Positions 34,550-45,332 of a stretch of 64,000 bases of DNA are shown piece by piece. Position 1 is the stretch's first letter. Each line of letters opens with the position of its first letter. The notes under the pieces are model-generated. The model was given only the letters and a program-made list of their open reading frames with translations. It was not told the DNA's origin and made no database searches. Origin of the DNA: Blastocladiella emersonii ATCC 22665 (taxonomy: Eukaryota > Fungi > Blastocladiomycota); NCBI GenBank assembly GCA_025594325.1, contig JANHCV010000014.1, positions 124,001 through 188,000 of the forward strand, given 5' to 3'. The position numbers and the translations under genes are program-made.

Positions 34550-35377
34550 CCAGCGCTGCCGAAGGGGCGAACAATGACGCCCTAGACGGTTCCGAAACGA
34601 TGCAGGGGGGTCGATGAGTCTCGCAGGCTCAAAGGCAGCGGCGTCCGAGCTGGGAAGCCGTGGCGCCGCTTTGAGCGGCATTACGGGCCCAACGACGACA
34701 AGGTTGGGAGCGTGGGTCATGAAGAGCGTACAGTTCGATCGAGGAAGCGAGTCTCGCTCGCGGCGAGTGTCAAGTACACGGCGTTCTCATTGAGCGCGCT
34801 GGTTCGTAGCGGCAGTCGGTCGACCCCAACTTGTGCGCGTCAAGTGTAAACCGATGCATCTCAGAAGTGACAGTATGCATGTTGCAGCAAGTTATGTGCT
34901 TCGTAGAATTCATGGGAGGAGCGTGGGGTGCCCGACTCGGGCGGCGAGGCGGCGATGTTGACGCGTCGTTCATGTTGACCGCCACATGTGCTCGCGTCGC
35001 TCCTTCGCGCTCGCGGCCGGATCGCGGCCGGATCACGGCCAAACTGGTGCCCAACAACCAATCCCTTTGTTGGCGACCATTTGCTGCGCACGGCGCCGCC
35101 CGCCTACTTTGCGCCGGCGGCCCCGCGCCCACCCCTCCGCTTCCTTTGCACAGCGGCCGCGGGCAACCACTCCATCCGACTGCCGCACGCTGTCCGCCTT
35201 GCCCAGCCCCTCAACCCGCTCGCTCGACACCGTAACCTTGCCCTGCCTCTCGCGCCGTTATCTCAACCCGGTCCCTCCTGTTCTTATGCTCTCGCTCGCG
35301 CCTTCACCGCCACTTTGGCCCGCCCCGCCGACCCTGACGCCGCCGTACGCGACGCTAGCTACGAGCAGCGCACTCGA

Positions 35378-35760
35378 ATGCCCGATGCAGCTCTCCTTGA
35401 GCTTGCCTCGGTCGTACTGGTACGCGGCTCTCCCCGCGCATGTACACATCGGGCAAGTTTGCTCACTCGCTGTCCTCAAAACTCGTGTGCTCGACCGCAG
35501 CACGGCGTTCCCAAGTCGCTCGGTGTGTTTTCGTCGCTCTCTCCTCTCGAGATCAAGTCTGACATGCGATCCGCTGTTCTTCGCGCTCAAGTAGGTGAAC
35601 CGCCAGGAACCCGATCAACTCGGCATGGCGACGACCTACAAGGTGCGTTCCCGCGTGCAAGCTCAAGTTCGTGTTGGCGGCACCGCAGCTGTCCGAGAAC
35701 CGCATGTCCGTCAAGCTGGCCACACGGTCGTCAAGGTGCTCACCCGGCGGCGCCGCTGCA
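35378..35760 (+). pseudogene. Small spliced gene relic of unknown family (left arm; mirror at 57049-57431)
   Basis: MPDAALLELASVVL, then intron 35420-35500 (GTACGC..CTCAC..CGCAG), then HGVPKSLGVF..DPLFFALK*VNRQEPDQLGMATTYKV with frame changes. Confidence 0.3.
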
Positions 35761-36885
35761 GCGACGAGCAAGAGGAGCGGTCGGTGTGTGCGCACGTGTG
35801 GATTACTCGATATACGGACTGTATGATGAATCACGCGACTTTCGCGGATTGAGAGCCATTTTAAGCGAGATAGGGGGTGAGATTGGGCCAAGAACGCTTC
35901 GGCCGTCATTCGCGCCCATATCGCGGCTCGCGTGGGCTGCCGTCGCGCGAGGATCACGCCCGGACCCCTCGGGCCCACTCGGGCCGCGATCCAAGGCCAG
36001 CAGCAGCGCGAGACGGGCGCGAAGCAGGCCCGGCAGTCAGGGTGGTTTCGCGGCTCACTCGCGGTGCCGTCGTGCACGCGCTGGGCCCGAATCACGGCCG
36101 GATCATGCTGCGATCGGCAAACATGAGCCGGTCACTCCAAGCCCAGCGGAGCGCCAGGCGCCGGCCGCGCGTGTCAGGCCCGGATCGCGGTGCTATCGTC
36201 TTCTTGCCTGGTCGCGACCCAGTCGCCCTTTCGCGGTCCAATTGCACCCCAAACCCGTTCCATCATTTTTCCGACGGACCTCTGAACGCGCAGGCAGACG
36301 CACTTCACTCTGCCGTTGTACGCTGCTCCACAAGGTCTGGCGCGGCCGCACGCGGGCGCTCAGGGCGCGTTGTGTTTCTGTTTTCCTGCTGGCGAGCAAG
36401 AGGGCATGGTGTCCGGCAGCTAACCAGCACGGTGCCCGACTCCCATTCCCTCACTCCCGATTATGGTGCCCGAATATTGTTGAGCAGCGCGGGTCACGGT
36501 TCGCTCGCCGTCCCGCGCAAACGCCACGCGGATCGCGCGCAGTCGTGTAGCTCCGCGGCATCACGCGCACGGCCCTCGTCGCCTTTACAAGAATCATAGC
36601 CCTGTCGGAGCTGTCCACGAAGCGCGTTGTTTCCGATTTTTTCGCCTAGTAGATCAGAGCAGGATCACGGTTGATCAGTCGCGATCACGGTGGCGGTCCG
36701 GCACGCCCGAGACGCGGGCGGCCTCCCTCGCTCGCCAACGGGTCGCCGCGCTCGCAGTGCTGCGCGAGCTCTCACTCCAGCTAGGCCGGCAGCAGTGCTC
36801 GATGGAAATTGAATGCATGGAGTGCGTTACGGAGCTGCATGAGTCAGAGTGGAGCTAAGGAGCTAGGGAGTGCGGCGGTGGGAAG

Positions 36886-37757
36886 AAAACGTGCTGTGCG
36901 ACTGACCATGAGGGAGGTGACGAAATCACGTTTTGAAGCCAGCCGTCATGCAGGCAGGCCGCGCTCCCGCGCACGTTTTTTTGCTCTGCCGCACTGAAGC
37001 TCACTCACCTCACACCCCCGGCTGACCGACGCGGCTGCTTGCTCGGCTGCAAGCTTGCAGGACGAGGTTCTTGGCACTCATCACTCGAGTTGCAGTCGGC
37101 GGCGGCGGCGAGCATCCGAGTCGTCCCGAGGGAGGCCGCCAACCGCGGTGAGGCCGGACAGAAAATAGAGTGACGTCGGCCGTGAGGCTGTGAGCTGTGA
37201 GCGATGGAAGAGTGCATGGAGTGGTCTGTCGGTCAGTGCGCCGCCCTGAGCACGAAGGTTTCAGCCTCCATCGCTGACCTCTCGGCGGGGAGCACGCCGA
37301 ACAACCTCAGGGACCATGAGGGACGATGGCCGTGGCCATGGGGGACGCCGTCCATAGCGGCCTCGGCCGCAGCAGCCTGGCCAGGGACCGCCGCCGGCCG
37401 GCGAACGTTTTCAAGCCGGCGGACGGAACGCTGCCTCGGTCCCTCGTGGGCAATCTAGGCGTGCCCACGAGTGCCGTGGTGAGAGGCTGGCCGCGCGTCG
37501 CGAGCCGTTGGAAAGCGTGTTGCGACGCGTCGCGCCCGTCGCGCACAACTGTCTCCCCGCGAGCGCCGCCACAAACGTGCGCGGTGGCAGCGCCCGAGGT
37601 TCGAGAAGGCCGGTGGGGCGCCGCCGGTCCGGTCCGCTGGGCCAATCGGAGCGGTTGCAGTGCGCCCTGTGGCGCAAGGTTTGCCGCAGCAAAAACGTTT
37701 TCTTGACCCCGCCACACGCATGACCCCCGGAGGCCCGCGAAGCCGAGGAAACGTTTT
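36886..37757 (+). promoter_or_regulatory. Cluster of (C)ACGTTTT sites upstream of PHO84, candidate Pho4-type elements (mirror 55052-55923)
   Basis: CACGTTTT at 36886 (reverse), 36927 and 36972; ACGTTTT at 37405, 37695 (within palindromic AAAACGTTTT) and 37751. Confidence 0.5.
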
Positions 37758-38051
37758 TTCGTCGCGGCCCTCGCCATCTCGCCCCATGCGTGCAAGAGCG
37801 AGTGCGGAGGAGCGGCTTGCCCGCACACAGAGAGGCAGCAATCACGGCCGACGTCACCTCGGCGGTCGGCGGTCGGCGGTCGGCGGCCGGCCCTCCTCGG
37901 CCTCGCCGCTGGCCGCGTACAAAAGGCCGGCGCTCCCCCCCGCCGACCCAGAGTCTCGTTAAACATCGTCAGCATACCCAAAAGGCTTCGGTCATCCTCC
38001 ACCGTCTCTCCGCCGTCCTCCCCGCCGAAACCCCACCGACGCATCAACACC

Positions 38052-39772
38052 ATGTCCGCTGCCGCCGACTTCTCGGCCATGGACAGCCAGAAGTTCAACC
38101 GCTTCCACCTGAAAACCATTTTGGTGAGCGGGGTGGGTTTTTATACGGACGCTCTAGATATCTTTATTATCAACCTCGCCATCCCGATGATCGCCTTCTC
38201 GTGGTTCTTCGTGCCCGGCGCGACCGAGCCGTCCAAGGCGTCGGCCATGCCGTCCATCGTGACCTCGCTCCTCAAGGCGTCGACCCAGGTCGGCACGCTG
38301 TGCGGCCAGCTCGTGTTCGGCTACCTCGGCGACAAGCTCGGCCGCAAGGCCACCTACGGTCTCGTCCTCGCCATCATGATCATCGCCTCGTTCAACACCT
38401 CGCTCGCCGCCGACACCAAGGGCTTCATCGGCATCGGCGGCATGCTCATCTTCTGGCGTCTCGTTCTCGGCGTCGGTATTGGCGGTGGTACGCTAACATT
38501 TCCCCTTTTCCGTGGTGTGGAAGCGAGCCTCCCCCATCTCCTTTCCAACTTGTATTAACAAAAAGACGCCCGAATTAAGACTACCCCATTTCTGCGGTTA
38601 TCGCGTCCGAGTTCGCGTCCGTTTCGACCCGCGGCCTCATGGTCGCCGCCGTCTTCTCGATGCAGGGCATGGGCATCCTCACGGGCTGCCTGTTCTCGAC
38701 GCTCCTCCTGCTGATCCTCAAGCCGACGCTCCAGCCCGTCGACAGCACGACCATCTACGTCTCCAACTTTGACAACGTGTGGCGCATCCTGTTCTTCATC
38801 GGTGTCCTGCCCGCCATCGCCGCCGTGTACTGGCGCCTGCAGGTCCCCGAGACGCCGCGTTTCTCGGCCGCCAAGGGCGACCACGACACGGCCATGAAGG
38901 ACCTGTCCAAGGTCATGCACGAGATCCAGGGCTCGAACGGCGGCGACATCTCGGTCGACCTCGAGGCGTCGCCCGCGTCCTCGTCCGAGCACCTCGCGCT
39001 GCCGACCACGGCCAACCAGCCCGGCTACCTCCAGGAGAAGTACACGCACATCACGTTTGGCCAGCTCTTCGGCAACTGGAAGAACGGCAAGGTCCTGTTT
39101 GCGTGCGCCATGGCGTGGTTCCTGCTCGACGTCGGCTTCTACGGCGTGCAGCTCAACCAGTCGGACATTCTCAAGTTCATCGGCTACGCCAAGGGCGCGA
39201 CGGCGTACGAGTACTTCCTCAACCAGTCGATCGGCAACCTCATCCTGTCGCTGTGCGGCACCGTGCCCGGCTATTTCTTCACCGTCGCCCTCATCGAGAA
39301 GATGGGCCGCATCAAGATCCAGCTCATGGGCTTCGGCATCCTCACGGCCATCTTCGTCGTGCTCACCATCTTCTACCACCAGATGAAGGGCACGATCTGG
39401 CTCGTCATTGCCTTCACGGCCGCCAACTTCTTCTTCAACTTTGGCCCCAACACCACCACGTTCATCCTGCCCGCCGAGATCTTCCCGACCAAGTACCGCT
39501 CGACGTGCCACGGTATCTCGGCGGCCACGGGCAAGGCCGGCGCTATCCTCGCCGCCTTCGGCTTCGACCAGATCAAGGGCAAGAACGGCGAGAACATGAC
39601 CACGGTGCTCGCCATCTTCACGGCGTGCATGATCGGCGGGTTCCTCGTCACCTTCTGGGTGCCCGAGACCAAGGGCAAGTCGCTCGAGGAGCTCGGCGAC
39701 GCCTTCTACCACCCCGATCTCGTCGCGCAGCACCCCGCGCCCATGGTCACGGAGAAGAAGAACAAGGAGTAG
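38052..39772 (+). CDS. PHO84: High-affinity H+/phosphate symporter (MFS, Pho84/PHT1 family), join(38052..38487,38580..39772), 542 aa, left-arm copy
   Basis: SGVGFYTDALDIF, GYLGDKLGRK, spliced GVGIGGDYPISAVIASEFA, VPETPRF, WFLLDVGFYG, FNFGPNTTTFILPAEIFPTKYRSTCHGISAATGKAGA, PETKGKSLEE. The intron is 92 nt, GTACGC..TAAG. Confidence 0.95.
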
Positions 39773-40246
39773 TGGACGTTGGCAACGGGGGTTTGGAGCA
39801 ACCCTTTTCACCAATGATGAAAGAAATGCTACCGGCGTGTAAAATTAGTACCTTCCTATACATCCATCCCATCATCCCAATGTGTGTCGCTCTCTGCTTG
39901 TGTTCTTTGCTGAAAGGCTCGCTTTCTCCTATCGTGCATCGTTTTCCATCGCGCATCGGCTTCCTGGACGCCAGTGCTGCGACGCACCGATGCATTTCAT
40001 GTTCAACGTGGCGTGAGACGAAGCGTGAGACGCGTTGCGAAAACACGTGTGCGCCGCGTGACGCTTCAGCCCTGCAATGATCAAGCGGCGAGCATCCCGT
40101 GCTCGCGATCCGCCCTGCGATCACCACACGGAAACAAATGGAAAATGCACTCTGCTACTTGTTGCAAACGCATCCGGGAGCTAGGAAAGCTTGATTGAAC
40201 GGCCGGCCGTTTCTTCGCGACGGGTTCGACACTTGTTGAGTTACTT

Positions 40247-41289
40247 GTGTGCGCGACCAAGGTCCAATCCTGCTGCTTTGGCGTCCCGATCGTGCCGTAC
40301 CGCAACGATCCCCTCCCGCCAGCGGTTTTCGCTCTCAACTTAACGGACGAGGACGCGTGCTTGGTACTTTGCGCGACCGCCCGGGAACCAGTGCTGGCGG
40401 CGGCGGCGGCGCGGACGCGACGAGTCCTTCCGATATCGCCGCGAAAAGCGCGGTCACGCTAGACCTAGACGCGGCGTGCCGGCCGGGAAACGCAGCCGAT
40501 TTCTGTGATCTGCCTCAGCGTGCGTGGTCCACTTCGAGCCGCAATACCTGCTGCACATGGCCGATCCGGATCGTCTGCGGTACGGGCGCGATACCAAGGA
40601 GACTGCCGCGTTCCTCGCCGAGGTCAAGGCGCTCGAGTCGTTTGAAGCTATTGATTGGTACCCTTCCCTTCGCCCGCCTCTATCCGAGCGAAATCTCACA
40701 CGCGTACGCGTCACCCAGTCAATTTCGCCATTCGCAAGCTAGCTCTGTGGCGGCCAGCTCTCGTCGCTTGACCCGGCTTCGGTCACATCGCTCCACGCAT
40801 CGCGTGACGAGAGCAGAGTGTCGACCGGTTCCTGCTGTCGTACCTCGACGCGCGGCGGTCCACGTCCGCCGCCGTCAACTTGGCCGTCGAGATCGCGCGC
40901 GGCTGAATCTGCTGCTGACGCTGGACCGCGGCGTGCAGGAGGTGGCCGCGCAGTCGCGACTCGTGTGCGACCTCTCGATGTCCAGTGACGAGCGAGCTCG
41001 AGCGGCTCGCCGACGACCTCGCCGCGCGCCGCGTCCTCGACCTGTGTGGCAGTCGCTCGTCGGCTCGACGCCGCCCGCGACCGCGGCCCCCGGCGGCGAG
41101 CCGCGCTGGATCTCGCTCCGCGACGTCGCGCAACCGCTCGCTAACCTCGAGTACGCCACTGACCACTCGTTCAAAATGTGGTTGAAGAACAAAGTAACAA
41201 GGGTCACGGATGAACCGGGGGTGAATGTATTCGTCGTTAGACACGCTTCCCATATTCGCGACCGTCAGTACCTGTCGTGCACCAGCTAG
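40247..41289 (+). pseudogene. Multi-frameshift gene relic of unknown family (left arm; mirror 51520-52562)
   Basis: Protein-like blocks in alternating frames: VHFEPQYLLHMADPDRLRYGRDTKETAAFLAEVKALE, SVDRFLLSYLDARRS, LNLLLTLDRGVQEV, ELERLADDLAARRVLDL, WISLRDVAQPLANLEY. Confidence 0.4.
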
Positions 41290-42008
41290 TACTTGGTCTG
41301 CTTGAGCTTCGACAACCCGAGGAGGATGGATGGTGGGCCGACCAGGACGCGAACGACGACAGACAGCTTGAGTCGAGCGTGGCCAACCGAGGCGGCAGGT
41401 TGATGACCACGGCGCCGGCGGCACGGTGCGGACGGGCGGACGAGCGGAGCGTGTACTGGTGGTTGCAGCGGAAGGCAAAGGGCCGCCGCCGAGCGACTCG
41501 ACGGTGCGGTACGACAGCACGACCTTGTCGGGTACACGCGCGCCGCGGGACCCTTGGTGGATCGAGCTCCGCAAGGGTGAGCGCGCGCGTGGACATGAGC
41601 GTGAGCGTGGGCGTGAGCGTGAGCGTGAGCGTGAGCGTGAGCGTGAGCGTGAGCGTGAGCGTGAGCGTAAGCGTGAGCGTAAGCGTGAGCGTAAGCGTGA
41701 GCGTAAGCGTGAGCGTAAGCGTGAGCGTAAGCGTGAGCGTAAGCGTGAGCGTAAGCGTGAGCGTAAGCGTGAGCGTAAGCGTGAGCGTAAGCGTGAGCGT
41801 AAGCGTGAGCGTAAGCGTGAGCGTAAGCGTGAGCGTAAGCGTGAGCGTAAGCGTGAGCGTAAGCGTGAGCGTAAGCGTGAGCGTAAGCGTGAGCGTAAGC
41901 GTGAGCGTAAGCGTGAGCGTAAGCGTGAGCGTAAGCGTGAGCGTAAGCGTTGGCTCTTCCTATCGCGACGAGAGTAAGTAGTGTCGCGCTCGCGACAGGG
42001 AACTTCAT
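41286..42008 (-). CDS. Candidate secreted protein: signal peptide + (YAHA)x24 + (HA)n + unique tail, 240 aa
   Basis: GCCATGA start, MKFPVASATLLTLVAIGRANA signal-like peptide with an A-x-A site, followed directly by the repeat; stop at 41286-41288. No homolog recognised. Confidence 0.45.
   Translation of the reverse strand: MKFPVASATLLTLVAIGRANAYAHAYAHAYAHAYAHAYAHAYAHAYAHAYAHAYAHAYAHAYAHAYAHAYAHAYAHAYAHAYAHAYAHAYAHAYAHAYAHAYAHAYAHAYAHAYAHAHAHAHAHAHAHAHAHAHAHAHVHARAHPCGARSTKGPAARVYPTRSCCRTAPSSRSAAALCLPLQPPVHAPLVRPSAPCRRRRGHQPAASVGHARLKLSVVVRVLVGPPSILLGLSKLKQTKY
41599..41950. repeat. Compound microsatellite: about 11x GCGTGA, then 23x GCGTAAGCGTGA plus one GCGTAA (352 bp)
   Basis: Read directly from the sequence; it abuts the inner end of the left arm. 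Confidence 0.98.
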
Positions 42009-42601
42009 GGCTGCCGCGGCGAATCCTGTTTCGCCCGTCCTGGAGCGCAATTGTATATGTTCTCGCCCCAAAAAAAAACTTATGGACTCCAGCGCAGCGT
42101 GCCAACGCACGCCATCAACAACCATCACGTCCGCATCACGCTTCAGATTCCTCCGCGGCGTGTGCCGCTCCTGCGAAACGTGCTGGTGCTCGACGAGAAC
42201 TCGATCCTAACTGCGCTTAAAATGAGTTGGACGACGGCGGAAATCTTTCGCATTGATGGCAGCAAGGGTGTTGTTGGTGACGCGCGCGACCCACGACCCG
42301 TACTTGGGTCGCAGTGGGATTGGATCGACCCGGACCTCCATGGCCGTCGCCGTCGACCCGCGCGATCATGTGGTTACGGCGCACGATACTGGCATGGAGT
42401 CAAGTCTCGAGCGCGAGGCTCATAACACGTGATGCTATCACTTTTTTCTCACGCCAGCCACCAGCGTGCGGCTCGCCTGATCAACTCGACGAGCCGAAGT
42501 TTTCAATTGCTAACTCTCATTCCGAAACGAAAACGCTATATTCAGAAATGCTCCCCAATCAGGTGTTCAACGATTGCTTGACTTGATGTGGGCATGTGCG
42601 C

Positions 42602-43807
42602 CTAGAGCCCTGCGTCACGCCACCACTGAGTGATCCGCTCGAACCCGATACTCTGCGCAAACTGCTGGGCGCAACAAACGTGGTTGCGACCAAGTTTAAG
42701 CGGCACACCAGAGTCGAGCCACCACCAGAGACACGCAAGCACTTCTTCCTCGTCTTCGCCTTGCTCCACGACCGACCAGCCAAGCGGGCACGCGAGCGCG
42801 TCGCGCGGGAAGTTGGCAAGGAACCAATCAAGGATCGCAATTCGATTCAGCTTGCTGGCATATCCGACCATGTAATGCCAGAAGTGTTTGAACGTCGTGG
42901 CATCGTTATCAGAGCTGTAGTTGTAGCCGTAGTTGCCCTTGTCATCACGAGATTGGATTGTATCAACTCCGTACTGATCAACGTTGTGTGCGAAGCTGCA
43001 CGGGCAATCTTGAGAGAAAATGTAACCGGAGGCGTTGTCATAGATCCATCCAATGAATTCAACGTCCTCGGCTTGAATTGCGTCGCAAACTCGCTTGACC
43101 CAGTCCGCTCGCCACATGGCGCTTTCAAAGCAGGGAAAGACGTCACTGAACTCGGCGAGCACCTTGGTGCTTCTGCATTGCAGCGCGGCAAAAGTCAATG
43201 CGAAACGGTACCCGTCGTCGGTCTCGTTTTCAACGTTCAGTTTGAGGAGACTTTTCAGGACCTCAATGTCCTCCCGCTCGATGGCATCGTAAAAGGTACG
43301 GTCGCGAACCTGGATGCGGCGCCCGATTTTCGCCCACCAATCAATGACTCGAGTGAAGCCTCCTCGCGCGGCGGCATCGATAGATTTGGACGTGAAATAG
43401 CCTGCAAGTTCGTCATCGAGAATCCACTTTCCCACGCTCCACGAGTAGTAGAGAAACGAACAGTCCGACTCGATCCACTGGCTCAAAAGATCGGGGCGAC
43501 TGCTGACACAGAGGAGCGCGAGGTGAAACCCAGCTTCGGCGTCCTCCTCCTTAAGCAGGTCTTGGCGATACTCGACAATGGCACGCCAGAGCGATTTGTC
43601 GCGTGTCTTGAAAATATTCCACATGCGCCAGTGAAGAGAAAATCGCAAGACGACGCGGCGCAGCTGCGAGAGACCAGCGGCGACGCGCAGGAGGGGAAGC
43701 GGGTCGGTATCGTGGGGGTCCATCAGGACGACGCGCTCAAGGATGTCCTCGATGAGCTCAGTAGGTAAACGTTGCATAATGTCTGATTTGACTATTTGGT
43801 GCTCCAT
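42602..43807 (-). CDS. F-box + ankyrin-like repeat protein (family 2), about 401 aa
   Basis: MQRLPTELIEDILERVV (F-box-like), SIDAAARGGFTRVIDWW, YASKLNRIAILDWF, C-terminal IGFERITQWWRDAG. Intronless, with visibly lower GC than the core genes. Confidence 0.7.
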   Translation of the reverse strand: MEHQIVKSDIMQRLPTELIEDILERVVLMDPHDTDPLPLLRVAAGLSQLRRVVLRFSLHWRMWNIFKTRDKSLWRAIVEYRQDLLKEEDAEAGFHLALLCVSSRPDLLSQWIESDCSFLYYSWSVGKWILDDELAGYFTSKSIDAAARGGFTRVIDWWAKIGRRIQVRDRTFYDAIEREDIEVLKSLLKLNVENETDDGYRFALTFAALQCRSTKVLAEFSDVFPCFESAMWRADWVKRVCDAIQAEDVEFIGWIYDNASGYIFSQDCPCSFAHNVDQYGVDTIQSRDDKGNYGYNYSSDNDATTFKHFWHYMVGYASKLNRIAILDWFLANFPRDALACPLGWSVVEQGEDEEEVLACLWWWLDSGVPLKLGRNHVCCAQQFAQSIGFERITQWWRDAGL

Positions 43808-44176
43808 GTTCACTGGTGTGCAGTCCGCGAGCGTCAAGACGCGTTCTGCTCGGGTCGACCCGGACGGCAAGGACCCACGCGGTGCGCTGTGTGGCGTCGT
43901 GTGGTGTGATCCACATGTGTTTTCCGAACGCGTCTCACGCCCGCGGAGGCTGGCACTTGCTAGTATCTCCCACCCATCACTCCGTTCTACACTTCATGGA
44001 GTTCTAACGCGCGACTTGCTTGTGGACGGCGAATACCCTCAACCGCGTCTCAGCGCAGTTTACGCGCACGCAGCGTTTGGCTGTTGTAAGGTCACAACAA
44101 TCAAGATTGGATTAGGGACAGACGCGAGCGCAATGCGAGCCGGTTGGCCACAAATAACAACTTTGCCAAAGCTGGC

Positions 44177-45332
44177 TCACTGCTGCTGCTCAAAGTACTC
44201 TGCTGCGAGGCCCGAGCTCCTCCACCACGCAATGACCTTGTCGAATCCCAGGTCCGCGGCATGGTCAATTGCGCGAGTGTTCACTGGGAGCGGGAGACCA
44301 GTCTGAATCCACCAAGTCAACCGCGCGACGGCGGCGTCGTCCTCGTCCTCGTCTGCAAACTCGCGTAAGTCGCCCCAAGTTTCGGGACAGGTGAAAAGAT
44401 CGCTGGGAAGTGTCTCGGCGAGCCATGCCAAGGTCTCGACTTGATTGTACATGCTTGCATACGCGATTGCGGTATTCGCAAGAGCTTCGTCATCGAGGTA
44501 GATGTCGTTGTCGTCGCCGTCAGAGTGGTCAAAAATCCAACCAAGAGATTTGGTGTTGCCGGCCCGAGCCAATCGTCTGGTCAAATCGAACCACTTGATG
44601 CTAGAACTGGACAACCAATCCTTGTCCGTCATCTCCTCAAACACATTGAGGCTTCCCGCCATGAGAGCCATGTCGCCAAGGTCGCGGAGGCTGTGTTTAT
44701 TGACAAAGTCGTACATAACGTCCTGCGCGAGCCAGTTTAGAGTGTCGAAATCGTCGTGCTTGATGGCAGCGTGAACCGCGCGAGTCGAAAAAACAGGCGC
44801 ATGGCCGGACGCCTTCCACCATTGGATCGCGTCGCTGTGTCCAGCGCATACGGCCTCGTTGATTGCGCGCTTTGAGAAGTATTCCGTGAACTTGTTCGAT
44901 TCGAGCCAGTCCAAAACGTGAGGATTGTTGTGTGCGGAGGCCTCGTCAACAAGCCAGGGCGGATCGCAATGGCAAGCGTTGGCGCAATTCCAATCGTCGA
45001 GTGCGGAGATATCGCCGGCAGCACATAAAACTGCAGCATAAAAGATTGAGTACCAACAACGGCCCTCGGAAGGATCGTATTTGCCGTGAGTTACAAGCGT
45101 CGGCTGGCGGAGCCAAATGAGGTCGTTGCAAAGGTCCGCGTCCATGGATTTCAATACTGCTTCAAGAAACCGTTCGTGGATAGACCACTTCATGGCGACC
45201 CGCCGAAGACGAAAGAGGCCGGGGGCGACGCACATGAGCTGGCGCGGGTCTGTCTCATGCGGCTCGCAAGAGCGCGAGCACAAGTATGTCCTCGATGATC
45301 GAGATCGGAAGGACCGGCAGATTACGTTGCAT
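44177..45332 (-). pseudogene. F-box + ankyrin-like repeat paralog (family 2) with one frameshift near 45270
   Basis: MQRNLPVLPISIIEDILVLAL then, in another frame, CEPHETDP (paralog: DPHDTDP). Also VDEASAHNNPHVLDWL, AINEAVCAGHSDAIQWWKASG and AIDHAADLGFDKVIAWWRSSG. Confidence 0.65.

Larger units (their letters stand above)
28810..41568. repeat. Left arm of a large inverted repeat (at least 12.76 kb)
   Basis: ORFs have identical mirrors on the opposite strand with coordinate sum 92809 (e.g. 38639..39772 vs 53037..54170). The window end 64000 maps to 28810, so the true outer limit is not visible. Confidence 0.98.

Noticed and set aside
38488-38579. PHO84 apparently split into two ORFs
   Set aside because: A single intron; splicing restores GGDYPIS.
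41599-41950. Hexamer array as a telomere tract or CRISPR
   Set aside because: The unit is not a TTAGGG-type repeat, it is internal, and it has no spacers.
41277-41981. Plus-strand (VS)n and (RE/RK)n readings, and the minus-strand (LRSR)n reading, of the repeat
   Set aside because: They lack a well-placed start with coherent N-terminal context. The YAHA frame has an ATG in good context plus a signal-like peptide. Not formally excluded.
42051-42425. 124 aa ORF head-to-head with the repeat protein
   Set aside because: No recognisable motif and almost no promoter space; cannot be supported.
42596-43768. 390 aa antisense ORF over the F-box/ankyrin gene
   Set aside because: Codon-aligned antisense frame; the motifs and the paralog support the minus strand.
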